A stretch of 64,000 nucleotides of DNA, from contig JBBTRX010000002.1 in the NCBI GenBank assembly GCA_038064975.1, forward strand, positions 64,880 to 128,879. Direction: 5' to 3'. The notes under the pieces were generated by a model. It worked only from the letters and a program-made list of their open reading frames with translations, made no database searches and was not told the DNA's origin. Origin of the DNA: Patescibacteria group bacterium (GTDB lineage Bacteria; Patescibacteriota; Minisyncoccia; UBA6257; 1-14-0-10-40-38). This document shows, piece after piece, positions 27,668 to 36,655 of this stretch. The translations under genes were made by a program, and so were the position numbers. The first letter of the stretch is position 1, and each line of letters starts with the position of its first letter.

Positions 27668-27993
27668 TAAAAAAGGACCCCACAGAGATGTGGGGCGATC
27701 AGCGGTATCCGAAGGTGAGTTTTGCGACAGAAAAGTGAAATGTGCTGATCTAGTGGCCGGTCGTCCGCACTCCGCCCGCGCGCGCGGCCCGGAAAGGCTG
27801 GTTGTAAGGAAAACCCGTTGCCGGATTCTCATTCCGCTACGTGAGTAGCGAAGGGAACAGGAAAAGAAGTAGAGAGATTAACGAACTCTCCATCCGAGAG
27901 CTTTTGGTCAAGTGCTCCAGACTCGCTTTTCCATCTCCTCACCTTCGGATCGTTCCTGACCTGTGTCAGGAACACTAGGCCGCTAACCCAGTG
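27668..27993 (-). ncRNA. Candidate RT-associated ncRNA (msr/msd-like, proximal)
   Basis: Perfect 13-bp inverted repeat 27707-27719/27938-27950, several hairpins with G:U pairs valid on the minus strand, terminator at 27668-27695. Confidence 0.72.
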
Positions 27994-27998
27994 TGGAT

Positions 27999-28028
27999 AC
28001 TATATCATTTCAATATTTTATGAGTCAA
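27999..28028 (-). promoter_or_regulatory. Sigma70-type promoter for proximal ncRNA/RT
   Basis: TTGACT-18 nt-TATAGT with extended -10 TG. Confidence 0.6.
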
Positions 28029-28038
28029 TTAGATATAT

Positions 28039-28207
28039 AAAAAAGACCCGACGTTCAAAAACGTCGGGATAGTGGCGTACCCGTCATGGTGGGAGAAATC
28101 ACGGAGCTCTACGACGGGAGCGAGCGATGAATTGGCGTCATCGCTGGTTGCAACACCTGCGACCTTGTCGCCTTGCGCTCTCCTCCTCCATACCATGACG
28201 AGTACGT
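28039..28207 (-). ncRNA. Second candidate structured ncRNA upstream of the RT locus
   Basis: 15-bp closing stem 28076-28090/28192-28206 (one U:G), internal hairpins, terminator at 28039-28068. Confidence 0.65.
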
Positions 28208-28211
28208 GTGG

Positions 28212-28240
28212 AGTGTAATCAAATCATCGTCATTCCGCAA
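28212..28240 (-). promoter_or_regulatory. Sigma70-type promoter for distal ncRNA
   Basis: TTGCGG-17 nt-TACACT. Confidence 0.5.
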
Positions 28241-28319
28241 GTTATGCGAACTGGTCGATTCCTCTCTCGTAAAACACAAAAAAGAAAAACCGCCCATAGA
28301 GGACGGCCTTTTCTTTTTG

Positions 28320-28391
28320 TGCGCTCGAGAGGAATCGAACCTCTATTACGGGATCCGCAATCCCGTGTCCTATCCGTTGAACGACGAGCGC
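28320..28391 (-). tRNA. tRNA-Arg(GCG)
   Basis: Anticodon arm CGGGA-TT-GCG-GA-TCCCG. Confidence 0.9.
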
Positions 28392-28404
28392 ATACAATGC
28401 TTTT

Positions 28405-28881
28405 TTAAAATCTAAGAATTCTCGCGATGTGGCGGATAAACGAATCTTCGTATTCTATTTCCGGCAAGACGTCTGTAAGGAATGTATGTACAGCTTCTTT
28501 GCGTTGTTCGGCAAGAATGACGATAAGCCACGGCTCAATATGACTCTTGGTTTTGAAGATAAGTTCCGCAAGTTCCGGATCTTCCGGTGCGGGAATAATA
28601 GCAAATCCTTCCAAATTATCATAGGGGTGGAAGTGATGTTCGCCGATAGCGATTCCTTTCTCCGAAAGAGTGAAGTCAATGTCCTTCGGCCTCCGCATAC
28701 CCCAAGCAAGCACGAGTAAGGCGGCAATGGCTATAAAAACCGCGAAAAGAAAATTACGTTGAAATACGGCAACACTCGCAAGAACGATACTAGAACCAAT
28801 GACGATCCAGTACCATCCAAAATTCTTATGATAGTAATGAAATTCCGGAGCAGTCCACTGAATTTCTTTTTTCGTTTCCAT
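28405..28881 (-). CDS. Conserved hypothetical 2-TM protein
   Basis: W.APEF...WYW pattern, two TM segments then a PH-like soluble region. Confidence 0.7.
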   Translation of the reverse strand: METKKEIQWTAPEFHYYHKNFGWYWIVIGSSIVLASVAVFQRNFLFAVFIAIAALLVLAWGMRRPKDIDFTLSEKGIAIGEHHFHPYDNLEGFAIIPAPEDPELAELIFKTKSHIEPWLIVILAEQRKEAVHTFLTDVLPEIEYEDSFIRHIARILRF

Positions 28882-28886
28882 ATTTG

Positions 28887-29651
28887 TTAATCTCTAAATA
28901 ATAAACTCACAAAGAAAAATACTGCCGCGACTGCGATAATAGAAGGCCCGATCTCAAACGCAAAGCGGTTCGCAATGAGCCAACCGACTAATACTGAAAG
29001 AGAAGAGATAAGTGCAGAGGCAAATAAATCTCCTTTAAAACTTTTTGCCACATTTTTTGCCGTTGCGGCCGGAACGATAATAAGAGAGCCCATGAGGAGA
29101 ACACCTAAGAAGTTAAGCCCGAGGAGTACAGTGATCACAAAAAACATGAGGAATAAAAATTCCAAAAACTCTCGCCTGATTCCCGTAACAGCCGCGAGAT
29201 CAGCGGAGAGAAAAGAAATCGCAAACCGTTCTTTAAGCGAAAGAATGAGCCCGATAATGACGAGCCCCGTAACCATTCCCACGATCGCCTCTCCCCAAGT
29301 GAAGAGCGTCTCTCCACCAAAGAGAAGTTCAAGGAGTTCATGGTCAGGAGAAAGGAGCGCTCCCACAGCAAGCGAGGTAGAAAACACAACACCCACGATT
29401 GTTTCCGTCGCTATCTTCGTTTTAAGTTCAAGCCGCCACACTAAAACCGCGCCAAGGAAAAGTGCGATCGCTCCCCCAATGAGCGGATTAATACCGATCA
29501 GCATCGCCGCTCCCAACCCCGGGAGCGCAACGTGAGACATCGCGTCTGCCGCGAGTGTCATCCTGCGCATAAGTGCGAAAGCACCGACAAGTCCCGAAGC
29601 TGCTGCTACCACGAGCATCGCAACGAGCGAAAAAAATTCCAAAGTATTCAT
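28887..29651 (-). CDS. Metal ABC transporter permease (ZnuB/MntB family)
   Basis: RRMTLAADAMSHVALPG, G.LL..SLIIVPAATA; ATG at 29651. Confidence 0.9.
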   Translation of the reverse strand: MNTLEFFSLVAMLVVAAASGLVGAFALMRRMTLAADAMSHVALPGLGAAMLIGINPLIGGAIALFLGAVLVWRLELKTKIATETIVGVVFSTSLAVGALLSPDHELLELLFGGETLFTWGEAIVGMVTGLVIIGLILSLKERFAISFLSADLAAVTGIRREFLEFLFLMFFVITVLLGLNFLGVLLMGSLIIVPAATAKNVAKSFKGDLFASALISSLSVLVGWLIANRFAFEIGPSIIAVAAVFFFVSLLFRD

Positions 29652-29655
29652 ATCC

Positions 29656-30381
29656 TTATTTTTTAGCGTGAATATGTTCAAAAGGAAGCGAGCCGTACAA
29701 CTTATCAACCACTTCGGGCGTAAGCGTTTCTTTTGGTGGCCCAGCGCAGAAGAGCGAACTACTTACGCAAATAACCGTGTCCGCATAGCGTGTCACTAAA
29801 TTTAAATCGTGTGAAATAAAGAGTATCGTCATGTCACGCTCATTTTGCAATTTATGAAGCGTCTGATAAATATGCTCTTCGCCGGGAGCATCCAAATTTG
29901 CCGTCGGCTCGTCAAAGAGAAGTACATTTGGGTTACCGATCAAGGCAAACGCAATAAGTCCGCGCTGAAGTTCTCCTGCCGAGAGTGAAGAGAGTGGGAG
30001 CTTAAGCTTACCCTCATCAATGTGGAGCATTTGTGCTACATCATTAACAGCAGTATCGGGGAGATTTAACACACGGGATTTTAATTGGAGAAAATCCTGA
30101 AGCGTAAGCGCAAGATGCCGATCCAAATCAACATGCTGGGGAACGTATCCTATTCGAGCATCTTTCGCCCACACGACAGTGCCGCCATGGGGAATGCTCC
30201 CGATGAGCGCACGAAACAGAGTGGTCTTACCCGCTCCGTTTGGACCAATAATCGCGGCGAAGTCCCCCCGTTTCACGGAAAAACTAATATCATGAAGAAT
30301 TACGCGATCCCGAATCGTCACTTCCATCTTAGAAACCGTAAAAAAATTGTCTGGAGAGCTTGTAGTAGATAATTTTGACAT
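29656..30381 (-). CDS. Metal ABC transporter ATP-binding protein (ZnuC family)
   Basis: GPNGAGKTT, YVPQ, LSAGELQR, DEPT, SHDL. Confidence 0.9.
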   Translation of the reverse strand: MSKLSTTSSPDNFFTVSKMEVTIRDRVILHDISFSVKRGDFAAIIGPNGAGKTTLFRALIGSIPHGGTVVWAKDARIGYVPQHVDLDRHLALTLQDFLQLKSRVLNLPDTAVNDVAQMLHIDEGKLKLPLSSLSAGELQRGLIAFALIGNPNVLLFDEPTANLDAPGEEHIYQTLHKLQNERDMTILFISHDLNLVTRYADTVICVSSSLFCAGPPKETLTPEVVDKLYGSLPFEHIHAKK

Positions 30382-30486
30382 TATGAAGGAAAAATAGTCA
30401 CACTATGGGCTAACTAACCGCTTTACCCTATACTAACATATATAGGGAGTTTACTCGGTAACTAATACCCATTTTATTCGTTTCCT

Positions 30487-31053
30487 ATGATAGACGGAGA
30501 AGAAAAACTCATAGCCGCGGCAAAACAAGGCGATTCTGCCTCTTTTTCGAGGCTTTATCACCACTACCTTCCTTCAATTTATCGGTTTATATATATGAAG
30601 GTGAGTAGTAAGCACGAAGCCGAAGACCTAAGTCACGAGGTTTTCCTCTCGGCATGGCAAAATCTTCCACGCTACGAATCGCGGGGATTCCCCTTTTCCA
30701 GCTGGCTCTATAAGCTCGCGCGGAACAGAGTTATTGATTACTACCGCCTCGCCAAACCGAATGTTGACTTGGAACGTGCCGAGTCATTAGTCGCTGAAGG
30801 CATATCTGTAGAGGCAGTGATTGATAATGCTCTGGAGTTTGAAACGGTGCGCAGTGCGCTCCGCACGCTCTCCGAAGACCAACAGGACGTTCTTATTTTA
30901 AAATTTTTGGAAGATTGTTCCCACAGCGAAATCGCCGTGGCACTGGGAAAAACAGAAGGGTCAGTGCGTGTTATCCAGCATCGCGCCCTCCAGCAATTAA
31001 AGAAACTATTATCTACCCATGACGGAAGAGAAACTCATCCATATATTGCGTAG
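30487..31053 (+). CDS. ECF-type RNA polymerase sigma factor
   Basis: AEDLSHEVFL, FSSWLYKLARNRVIDYYR, EIAVALGKTEGSVR. Confidence 0.92.
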   Translation: MIDGEEKLIAAAKQGDSASFSRLYHHYLPSIYRFIYMKVSSKHEAEDLSHEVFLSAWQNLPRYESRGFPFSSWLYKLARNRVIDYYRLAKPNVDLERAESLVAEGISVEAVIDNALEFETVRSALRTLSEDQQDVLILKFLEDCSHSEIAVALGKTEGSVRVIQHRALQQLKKLLSTHDGRETHPYIA

Positions 31054-31447
31054 CGCGAGCGGCATAGAGCCGAGCGAGGAAACCCGCCACCGATTGCATC
31101 GGCTTATTCTTTCTACCCCGCAAAGGCCGGCGACATTCGCGCTCGCCACAAAAGCAAAATTAGTGGAGTACATGACTCTCGGCTTCGCTCTCGGACTCGC
31201 TTCCCTCTTATTAGTCACCTTTGTTTCCGGGCCGCCGTTGTGGCAGAAGTTTCTCCCTGCATCCAACAGTTCCCAGGCACTCCGCGCAGAAGTTGAAAAT
31301 ATTGATTTCACGATCCAACTCAAAGAAGCAAAATATTATAACGAATCAGCCCAAGAAGTGGCATCTCTCCTCGGTGAGATTGACCATGAGTCCCCTACGA
31401 GCCGTGATTCCGGGGTTGACGAGATGCTTGAAAAGATCATCTTTTAA
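31019..31447 (+). CDS. Putative single-TM anti-sigma factor
   Basis: Overlaps the ECF sigma 3' end; central TM segment. Confidence 0.55.
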   Translation: MTEEKLIHILRSASGIEPSEETRHRLHRLILSTPQRPATFALATKAKLVEYMTLGFALGLASLLLVTFVSGPPLWQKFLPASNSSQALRAEVENIDFTIQLKEAKYYNESAQEVASLLGEIDHESPTSRDSGVDEMLEKIIF

Positions 31448-31464
31448 TGCTATAGTTTGACCCT

Positions 31465-32334
31465 ATGAAACTAAGGTATCTAATAGCCATTTGTATCGCA
31501 TTTTCTGGTCTTTACACAGCGACGGCGTTTGCCCAATCGGACGCCATTAAGTCCGCACGGGAGGAGGTTATTACGAGCATTGAGAAGTTAAACGCTCTGG
31601 ATTCCGTAACCTTAAAGCCTGAAGAACGGGCCGAACTTGAGCTTTCTTTAAAACGGGTAGCTTTAGGCAAGATACTTACCCTTTCTACATTAGAAACAAG
31701 CGAATTGCGTGATAAATTTATCGCAATAGAAGTACCGGAAGGTGATTTTTCCGACCTTCAAATACTTATTGCAGACGAGCTCAAAGCATCCATTGCCGTA
31801 TTTGCCGCACAAGAGAAAAAAACGGTTGCCGCAAAGAGCATTACCGAAATCCAAACCATTGCCACAGAAATCAAGACATGGCGGGAAACGAAATACAATC
31901 CTGAAATCAGAAAAACAATTGATTTCATGCTTGTGTTCCAAAATGGAGCGGTACTCAAAACAGCAGAAGATCGCTTGCTCAAAATAGAAGTAAACCTTGA
32001 AAAGACGAACGCAACGAAATCAAAATTTGCCGAGTCGTTATTAGAAGAAGCACGAGAGAAAATCCTTGAAGCAAAAGATCTCCACGATAATGCGTTACAA
32101 CTATTACTCGCGCATCTCCCCAAGAAAGCTGTAACAGCGACCACGATTGAGATTGAAATACCAGTAATCGAAGAGGATGTGTCCACTACGACAGAAGACG
32201 GAACAGTGGTTGAACTCCCTGAACCAGAGATAGAAAAACCGATTCTTACTATCCGAGAACTCGTTGAGTCCTCAATTCGTAACATCAAAGACGCATACAA
32301 AAACTTTATCGCCCTTAGTGAATTCCTAAAGTAA
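31465..32334 (+). CDS. Secreted helical hypothetical protein
   Basis: Signal peptide (AFA-Q), coiled-coil composition. Confidence 0.65.
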   Translation: MKLRYLIAICIAFSGLYTATAFAQSDAIKSAREEVITSIEKLNALDSVTLKPEERAELELSLKRVALGKILTLSTLETSELRDKFIAIEVPEGDFSDLQILIADELKASIAVFAAQEKKTVAAKSITEIQTIATEIKTWRETKYNPEIRKTIDFMLVFQNGAVLKTAEDRLLKIEVNLEKTNATKSKFAESLLEEAREKILEAKDLHDNALQLLLAHLPKKAVTATTIEIEIPVIEEDVSTTTEDGTVVELPEPEIEKPILTIRELVESSIRNIKDAYKNFIALSEFLK

Positions 32335-32412
32335 GTAAGTAAACAAAAAGCCCGGTGTTGCCGGGCTTTTTGTTTTGCATGCAATATCAGAATGCAATAT
32401 CAGAGAAGTTCG

Positions 32413-32688
32413 TTACTTTACTGCCTCTTTCAAGAGCTTTCCAGCGCGGAACTTCGGTTTGACGGAAGCTCCGATTTGGATCTTTTCACCAGTCATAGGA
32501 TTCCGACCTTCTCGTGCAGCGCGACGCATTACACGGAACGTGCCAAACCCTGTCATTGCGACTTCTTCGCCGCGTGCCAAAGTCTTCATGATAGTGTCAA
32601 AAACCGCTTCAACTGCCTGTTGTGCCTGCTTTTTTGTCTCAATTCCTGCAGCCTGCATGACTGCTTCTACTAATCCATCTTTTTTCAT
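32413..32688 (-). CDS. hup: DNA-binding protein HU
   Basis: GFGTF, RAAREGRNPMTGE, PKFRAGK. Confidence 0.95.
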   Translation of the reverse strand: MKKDGLVEAVMQAAGIETKKQAQQAVEAVFDTIMKTLARGEEVAMTGFGTFRVMRRAAREGRNPMTGEKIQIGASVKPKFRAGKLLKEAVK

Positions 32689-32812
32689 AGCTGTAAAATT
32701 TCGTTATCTCCTCGACCTTTCTCCAAAATGCCTTGTATTTATTATATCAAATCACTCTCCAAGAGCAAGCCGAGGGGCTTACAGCTCCCTCATGGGTGCC
32801 CGCCCTACTTCC

Positions 32813-34342
32813 CTATTTTGCGTATTCTACCGAGCGAAGTTCCCGAATAACGTTTACTTTGATTTCTCCGGGATATTTCATTTCTGACTGGATTTTCGCC
32901 GCTATATTCTTAGCCATTTGAAGGGCCGCGAAGTCATCTACCTTCTCTGGTACAACAAATACGCGGATTTCCCGACCTGCGGAAAGCGCGTACGAATTTT
33001 TAACACCGTCAAAGGTGTTTACAATGCGTTCCAGGTCTTCTAAGCGCTTTAGATAGTTCTCTACCGTATCGCGTCGTGCGCCTGGGCGTGCCGCAGACAA
33101 GGCATCCGCCGCAGTAACAATGAAGGACTCGGGTGTCGCGAACGGATACTCCTCGTGGTGCGATTCCATCGCGTGAATGACCGCTTGGTCAACGCCGTAT
33201 TTTTTGAGTATCTTCCTTCCTAAATCAACATGCGTTCCTTCAACCTCGTGACTGATCGCTTTGCCGATATCGTGAAGAAGCGCGCCTTTCTTAGCCACTT
33301 CAACGTTAGCGCCAAGCTCGCCTGCAATAATTGCGGAAATATATGCCATTTCTACAGAGTGGATCAGTACGTTTTGCCCGTAACTTGTCCGGAAATGGAG
33401 CCGTCCTAAAAGTTGTGTAATCTCTTTCGGAAGATCGTAAATACCAAGCTCATGAGCAGACTCTTCTCCAATTTGGCTCATCCGTTTAGTAAGCTCGGAC
33501 TCCGCTTCTTTTACTTTCTCTTCTATTTTTGCGGGATGGATTCTACCGTCTTTAATGAGTTTTTCCAAAGCCGCTTTAGCGATCTCTCTCCGCAGAGGAT
33601 CAAACGATGAAAGGATGATCGCCTCCGGAGTCTCATCTACGATTACTTCTACGCCAGTTAAACGCTCTAAGGTGCGGATGTTCCTCCCCTCACGGCCAAT
33701 AATCTTGCCTTTCAAATCTTCGTTAGGAAGCGTAAGTACTGAAGTCGTAATATCCGCAACATGAGAGCGAGCATACCGATGAAGCGCAGTCGTGATGACA
33801 TCAACAGCGCGCTTTTCAAGCTCAACCTCACGATCCTTTGCGAGCCGCTGAATCGTGCGAATAAGATCATCCCGATGCGTTTCTTCAGTTTTTTGGAAGA
33901 GTTCCTTCTTTGCCTCTTCTGCGCTAAGTCCTGCTACGCGTGCCAGTTCGTGCACTGTTTTTTCCCGCGTTGCCACAGCTTCATCACGAATCCCAGCAAT
34001 CTTATCTAATTCCGCCTTTAGCGCCTCGTCCCTCTGCCGCGCTTCTTTCCCTTGGCGTTCAATATCCTCTTCTTTCCTAATAAGCCGCTCTTCAGCGCGC
34101 TGGATCTGCTGTAATCTGTTCTTTTCCTGCTCTTTTGCTTCTTCTAAGATAGCGACTGCCTTGTCTTTCGCATCAACAAGGATTGATTTCGCTTCTGTCT
34201 TCGCCTCTTCAGTTTGAAGTTTGACCCGCTCCTCAAGAGAGCTTGCCTTCTGACCTGCGATAAATCTGCGTCCGACATAGCCCACGCCAATTCCCAGCGC
34301 GAGCGTGATGCCCGCGATCAATAATTCTGTCATAGTAGTCAA
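32813..34342 (-). CDS. rny: Ribonuclease Y
   Basis: N-terminal TM, coiled coil, KH motif KGKIIGREGRNI, HDIGK, SAARPGAR. Confidence 0.96.
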   Translation of the reverse strand: MTTMTELLIAGITLALGIGVGYVGRRFIAGQKASSLEERVKLQTEEAKTEAKSILVDAKDKAVAILEEAKEQEKNRLQQIQRAEERLIRKEEDIERQGKEARQRDEALKAELDKIAGIRDEAVATREKTVHELARVAGLSAEEAKKELFQKTEETHRDDLIRTIQRLAKDREVELEKRAVDVITTALHRYARSHVADITTSVLTLPNEDLKGKIIGREGRNIRTLERLTGVEVIVDETPEAIILSSFDPLRREIAKAALEKLIKDGRIHPAKIEEKVKEAESELTKRMSQIGEESAHELGIYDLPKEITQLLGRLHFRTSYGQNVLIHSVEMAYISAIIAGELGANVEVAKKGALLHDIGKAISHEVEGTHVDLGRKILKKYGVDQAVIHAMESHHEEYPFATPESFIVTAADALSAARPGARRDTVENYLKRLEDLERIVNTFDGVKNSYALSAGREIRVFVVPEKVDDFAALQMAKNIAAKIQSEMKYPGEIKVNVIRELRSVEYAK

Positions 34343-34483
34343 TTCCCAAATTCTTCCAAAAAGAGAGTTCTTCAGGAATTGCGTTGGTTAGTAATTGCAT
34401 TACGATCATATTAATACACTTGTATTGTAGCTCCTCCCTGAAAACCATGTCAAAAGAGACATGCTTCCTCTATAATAAACACC

Positions 34484-36040
34484 ATGAGGCGCAAATTAGT
34501 TCTTGTTATTCTTGACGGATGGGGAATCGGAAACAATGACGGGTCCAATCCCCTCTATGTCTCCCAACCGCCCAATATTATGGCGATAAAAAGGAGCTAT
34601 CTTGCGGGAGCACTCCAATCTTCGGGCATTGCCGTAGGGCTTCCCTGGGAAGAAGAAGGTAACAGCGAAGTCGGACACCTTACGATCGGTGCAGGCAAAG
34701 TCATTTACCAACACTTTCCCCGCATCACAATGAATATCCAGAGCGGAGACTTTTTCAAAAACAAGGCATTTGTGGGAGCATGTGGCCATGTAAAACAGTA
34801 TGGAAGCGCGCTCCATATTGCAGGATCACTTACCCAAGGGAATGTGCACGCTTCTTTAGAGCACGTACGTGCGCTTATCCGCCTTGCGAAAGAGCAAGGT
34901 GTAAGTAAGGTATATTTTCATTTCTTTACCGACGGCAAAGACAGCCCGCCGAAATCCGCACCCGCACTCTTAGGCGAAGTACGAACATATGCCAAAGAAC
35001 AAGGAGTGGGAGAGGTTGCGAGTATTGCCGGAAGATTTTATGCCTTAGACCGAGACGAACACTGGGATAGGACAGAGAAGGCATATCGCGTAATGACGGG
35101 CGAAGGACTAAAGAGCGTAAGTGCCGAGGCACGCATTCAAGAAGCGTACGCCAAAGGATTAGGAGACGAATTTATAGATCCAGCATCGGTTCAAGACCCA
35201 CCGCACACAATTGCAGAAAATGATGCACTTATTTTCTTTGATTTCCGCGAAGATAGTATTCGGCAAATTGCGAGCGCGTTCGGCGTTCAGAATTTTTCAA
35301 AATTTCCCGTGCGCCCGATACCGAATCTGTATCTCGCGACCATGACGCAGTACACCGAAAAGATACAGGCGCATATTGCCTTTCCCGTGGAGTCGGTAGA
35401 AAATCCGTTAGGCAAAGTACTCTCGGACAATGGACTTATCCAACTCCGCATCGCAGAGACGGAAAAATACGCTCACGTTACTTTTTTCTTCAACGCATAC
35501 CGTGAACAGCCGTTTCCGAATGAATATCGCGTCCTCATCCCCTCTCGGAATGTTTCCCGCGCGGATCTCCACCCAGACATGATGGCGAACGAAATCGGAA
35601 CGAGAATTCTTGAGTCCATCGAAGAGGGTGGGTTTGATGTTATCATCGCGAATTTCGCGAACCCTGATGCAACGGCACATACGGGAAATTTTGAAGCAGC
35701 GCTCTCCGCGATCAAAACCGTTGACGAAGAGATTGGACGCATCGCGAAAGCATGTAAAGAACAGAATGCAATTCTCATGGTTACCTCCGATCATGGAAAC
35801 GTTGAACGCATGACAAACCCGCTTACTGGTGCAATAGAAACGAAACATGACGCAAATATTGTGCCTATATATATTGTAGGCAACGGATTTGAGCGGCATA
35901 AGAGCGACATGGAAGCCGCGATGATAGAGAGCGAGGCGGTTGGCATTCTTTCCGATGTTGCACCGACCATATTGGAACTCCTGGAAATCCCTAAGCCCGC
36001 CGAGATGACTGGCGAAAGTCTGCTAAAAGTGCTTCGATAG
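34484..36040 (+). CDS. gpmI: 2,3-bisphosphoglycerate-independent phosphoglycerate mutase
   Basis: ILDGWG, GNSEVGH, AETEKYAHVTFF, TSDHGN. Confidence 0.96.
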   Translation: MRRKLVLVILDGWGIGNNDGSNPLYVSQPPNIMAIKRSYLAGALQSSGIAVGLPWEEEGNSEVGHLTIGAGKVIYQHFPRITMNIQSGDFFKNKAFVGACGHVKQYGSALHIAGSLTQGNVHASLEHVRALIRLAKEQGVSKVYFHFFTDGKDSPPKSAPALLGEVRTYAKEQGVGEVASIAGRFYALDRDEHWDRTEKAYRVMTGEGLKSVSAEARIQEAYAKGLGDEFIDPASVQDPPHTIAENDALIFFDFREDSIRQIASAFGVQNFSKFPVRPIPNLYLATMTQYTEKIQAHIAFPVESVENPLGKVLSDNGLIQLRIAETEKYAHVTFFFNAYREQPFPNEYRVLIPSRNVSRADLHPDMMANEIGTRILESIEEGGFDVIIANFANPDATAHTGNFEAALSAIKTVDEEIGRIAKACKEQNAILMVTSDHGNVERMTNPLTGAIETKHDANIVPIYIVGNGFERHKSDMEAAMIESEAVGILSDVAPTILELLEIPKPAEMTGESLLKVLR

Positions 36041-36044
36041 AGAT

Positions 36045-36395
36045 ATGAGACGCATCATCTTTTCATTCTTGGGAAATATTCTTGGACTCACTATCGCAAC
36101 CATGATTGTTACAGGTTTTATGGTGGAGCAAGGAATAGCTAATTTCTTGATCGTAGGAGGGCTTTTAACGCTTCTTAATGCCTTTATACGGCCCATTATC
36201 AAGCTTTTTGTGCTCCCGCTCATCATTCTTACGTTGGGGCTTTTCTCCCTTATTGTGAACGCAGGAATGCTCGCATTTCTTGACTTTCTATCAAAAGAGC
36301 TTACAATAAGTGGACTCATTCCACTCGCCTTTGCAACGCTCATTCTAACGCTCGCGAACCTTATCGCGCACGCCCTAGGAAAACAAAACTCATAA
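36045..36395 (+). CDS. YvlD/4-TMS holin-like membrane protein
   Basis: N.FIRPIIKL..LPL.ILTLGLF..IVNA. Confidence 0.85.
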   Translation: MRRIIFSFLGNILGLTIATMIVTGFMVEQGIANFLIVGGLLTLLNAFIRPIIKLFVLPLIILTLGLFSLIVNAGMLAFLDFLSKELTISGLIPLAFATLILTLANLIAHALGKQNS

Positions 36396-36398
36396 CCT

Positions 36399-36623
36399 AT
36401 GAATTCTATTATCACCATTGCTCAAGTTGTTGTTTCTATTGCACTTATTGTACTTATTCTTCTCCAAGAACGATCTTCTGGTTCCGGAGGGCTTTTTGCC
36501 GGATCAGGTGATGGTGGTTTTTATCACGCACGGCGTGGTTTGGAAAAAATAATGTTCAACACGACAGTTGTACTCGTCGGCCTTTTCGCTTTGCTTTCCA
36601 TTGCAAATCTTTTAATTGTCTAA
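36399..36623 (+). CDS. secG: Preprotein translocase subunit SecG
   Basis: ILLQ...Gly-rich loop...RRGLEK, two TM segments. Confidence 0.9.
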   Translation: MNSIITIAQVVVSIALIVLILLQERSSGSGGLFAGSGDGGFYHARRGLEKIMFNTTVVLVGLFALLSIANLLIV

Positions 36624-36655
36624 GACGGGGGCGCGGAGGTACTAGGGTTTAGGGC

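Noticed and set aside
27599-27832. 78-aa N-terminal extension of the RT in the ORF track
   Set aside because: It overlaps the structured RNA and a terminator; AAGGAGG precedes the ATG at 27598 and the retron-like N-terminus starts there
27668-28207. RNase P RNA, SRP RNA or group II intron identity for the ncRNA candidates
   Set aside because: No GAGGAAAGUCC P4 motif, no SRP domain IV motif, no intron domain V; the RT lacks maturase features
36045-36395. Prophage suggested by the holin-like gene
   Set aside because: YvlD-type gene in a gpmI-secG housekeeping operon with no phage genes
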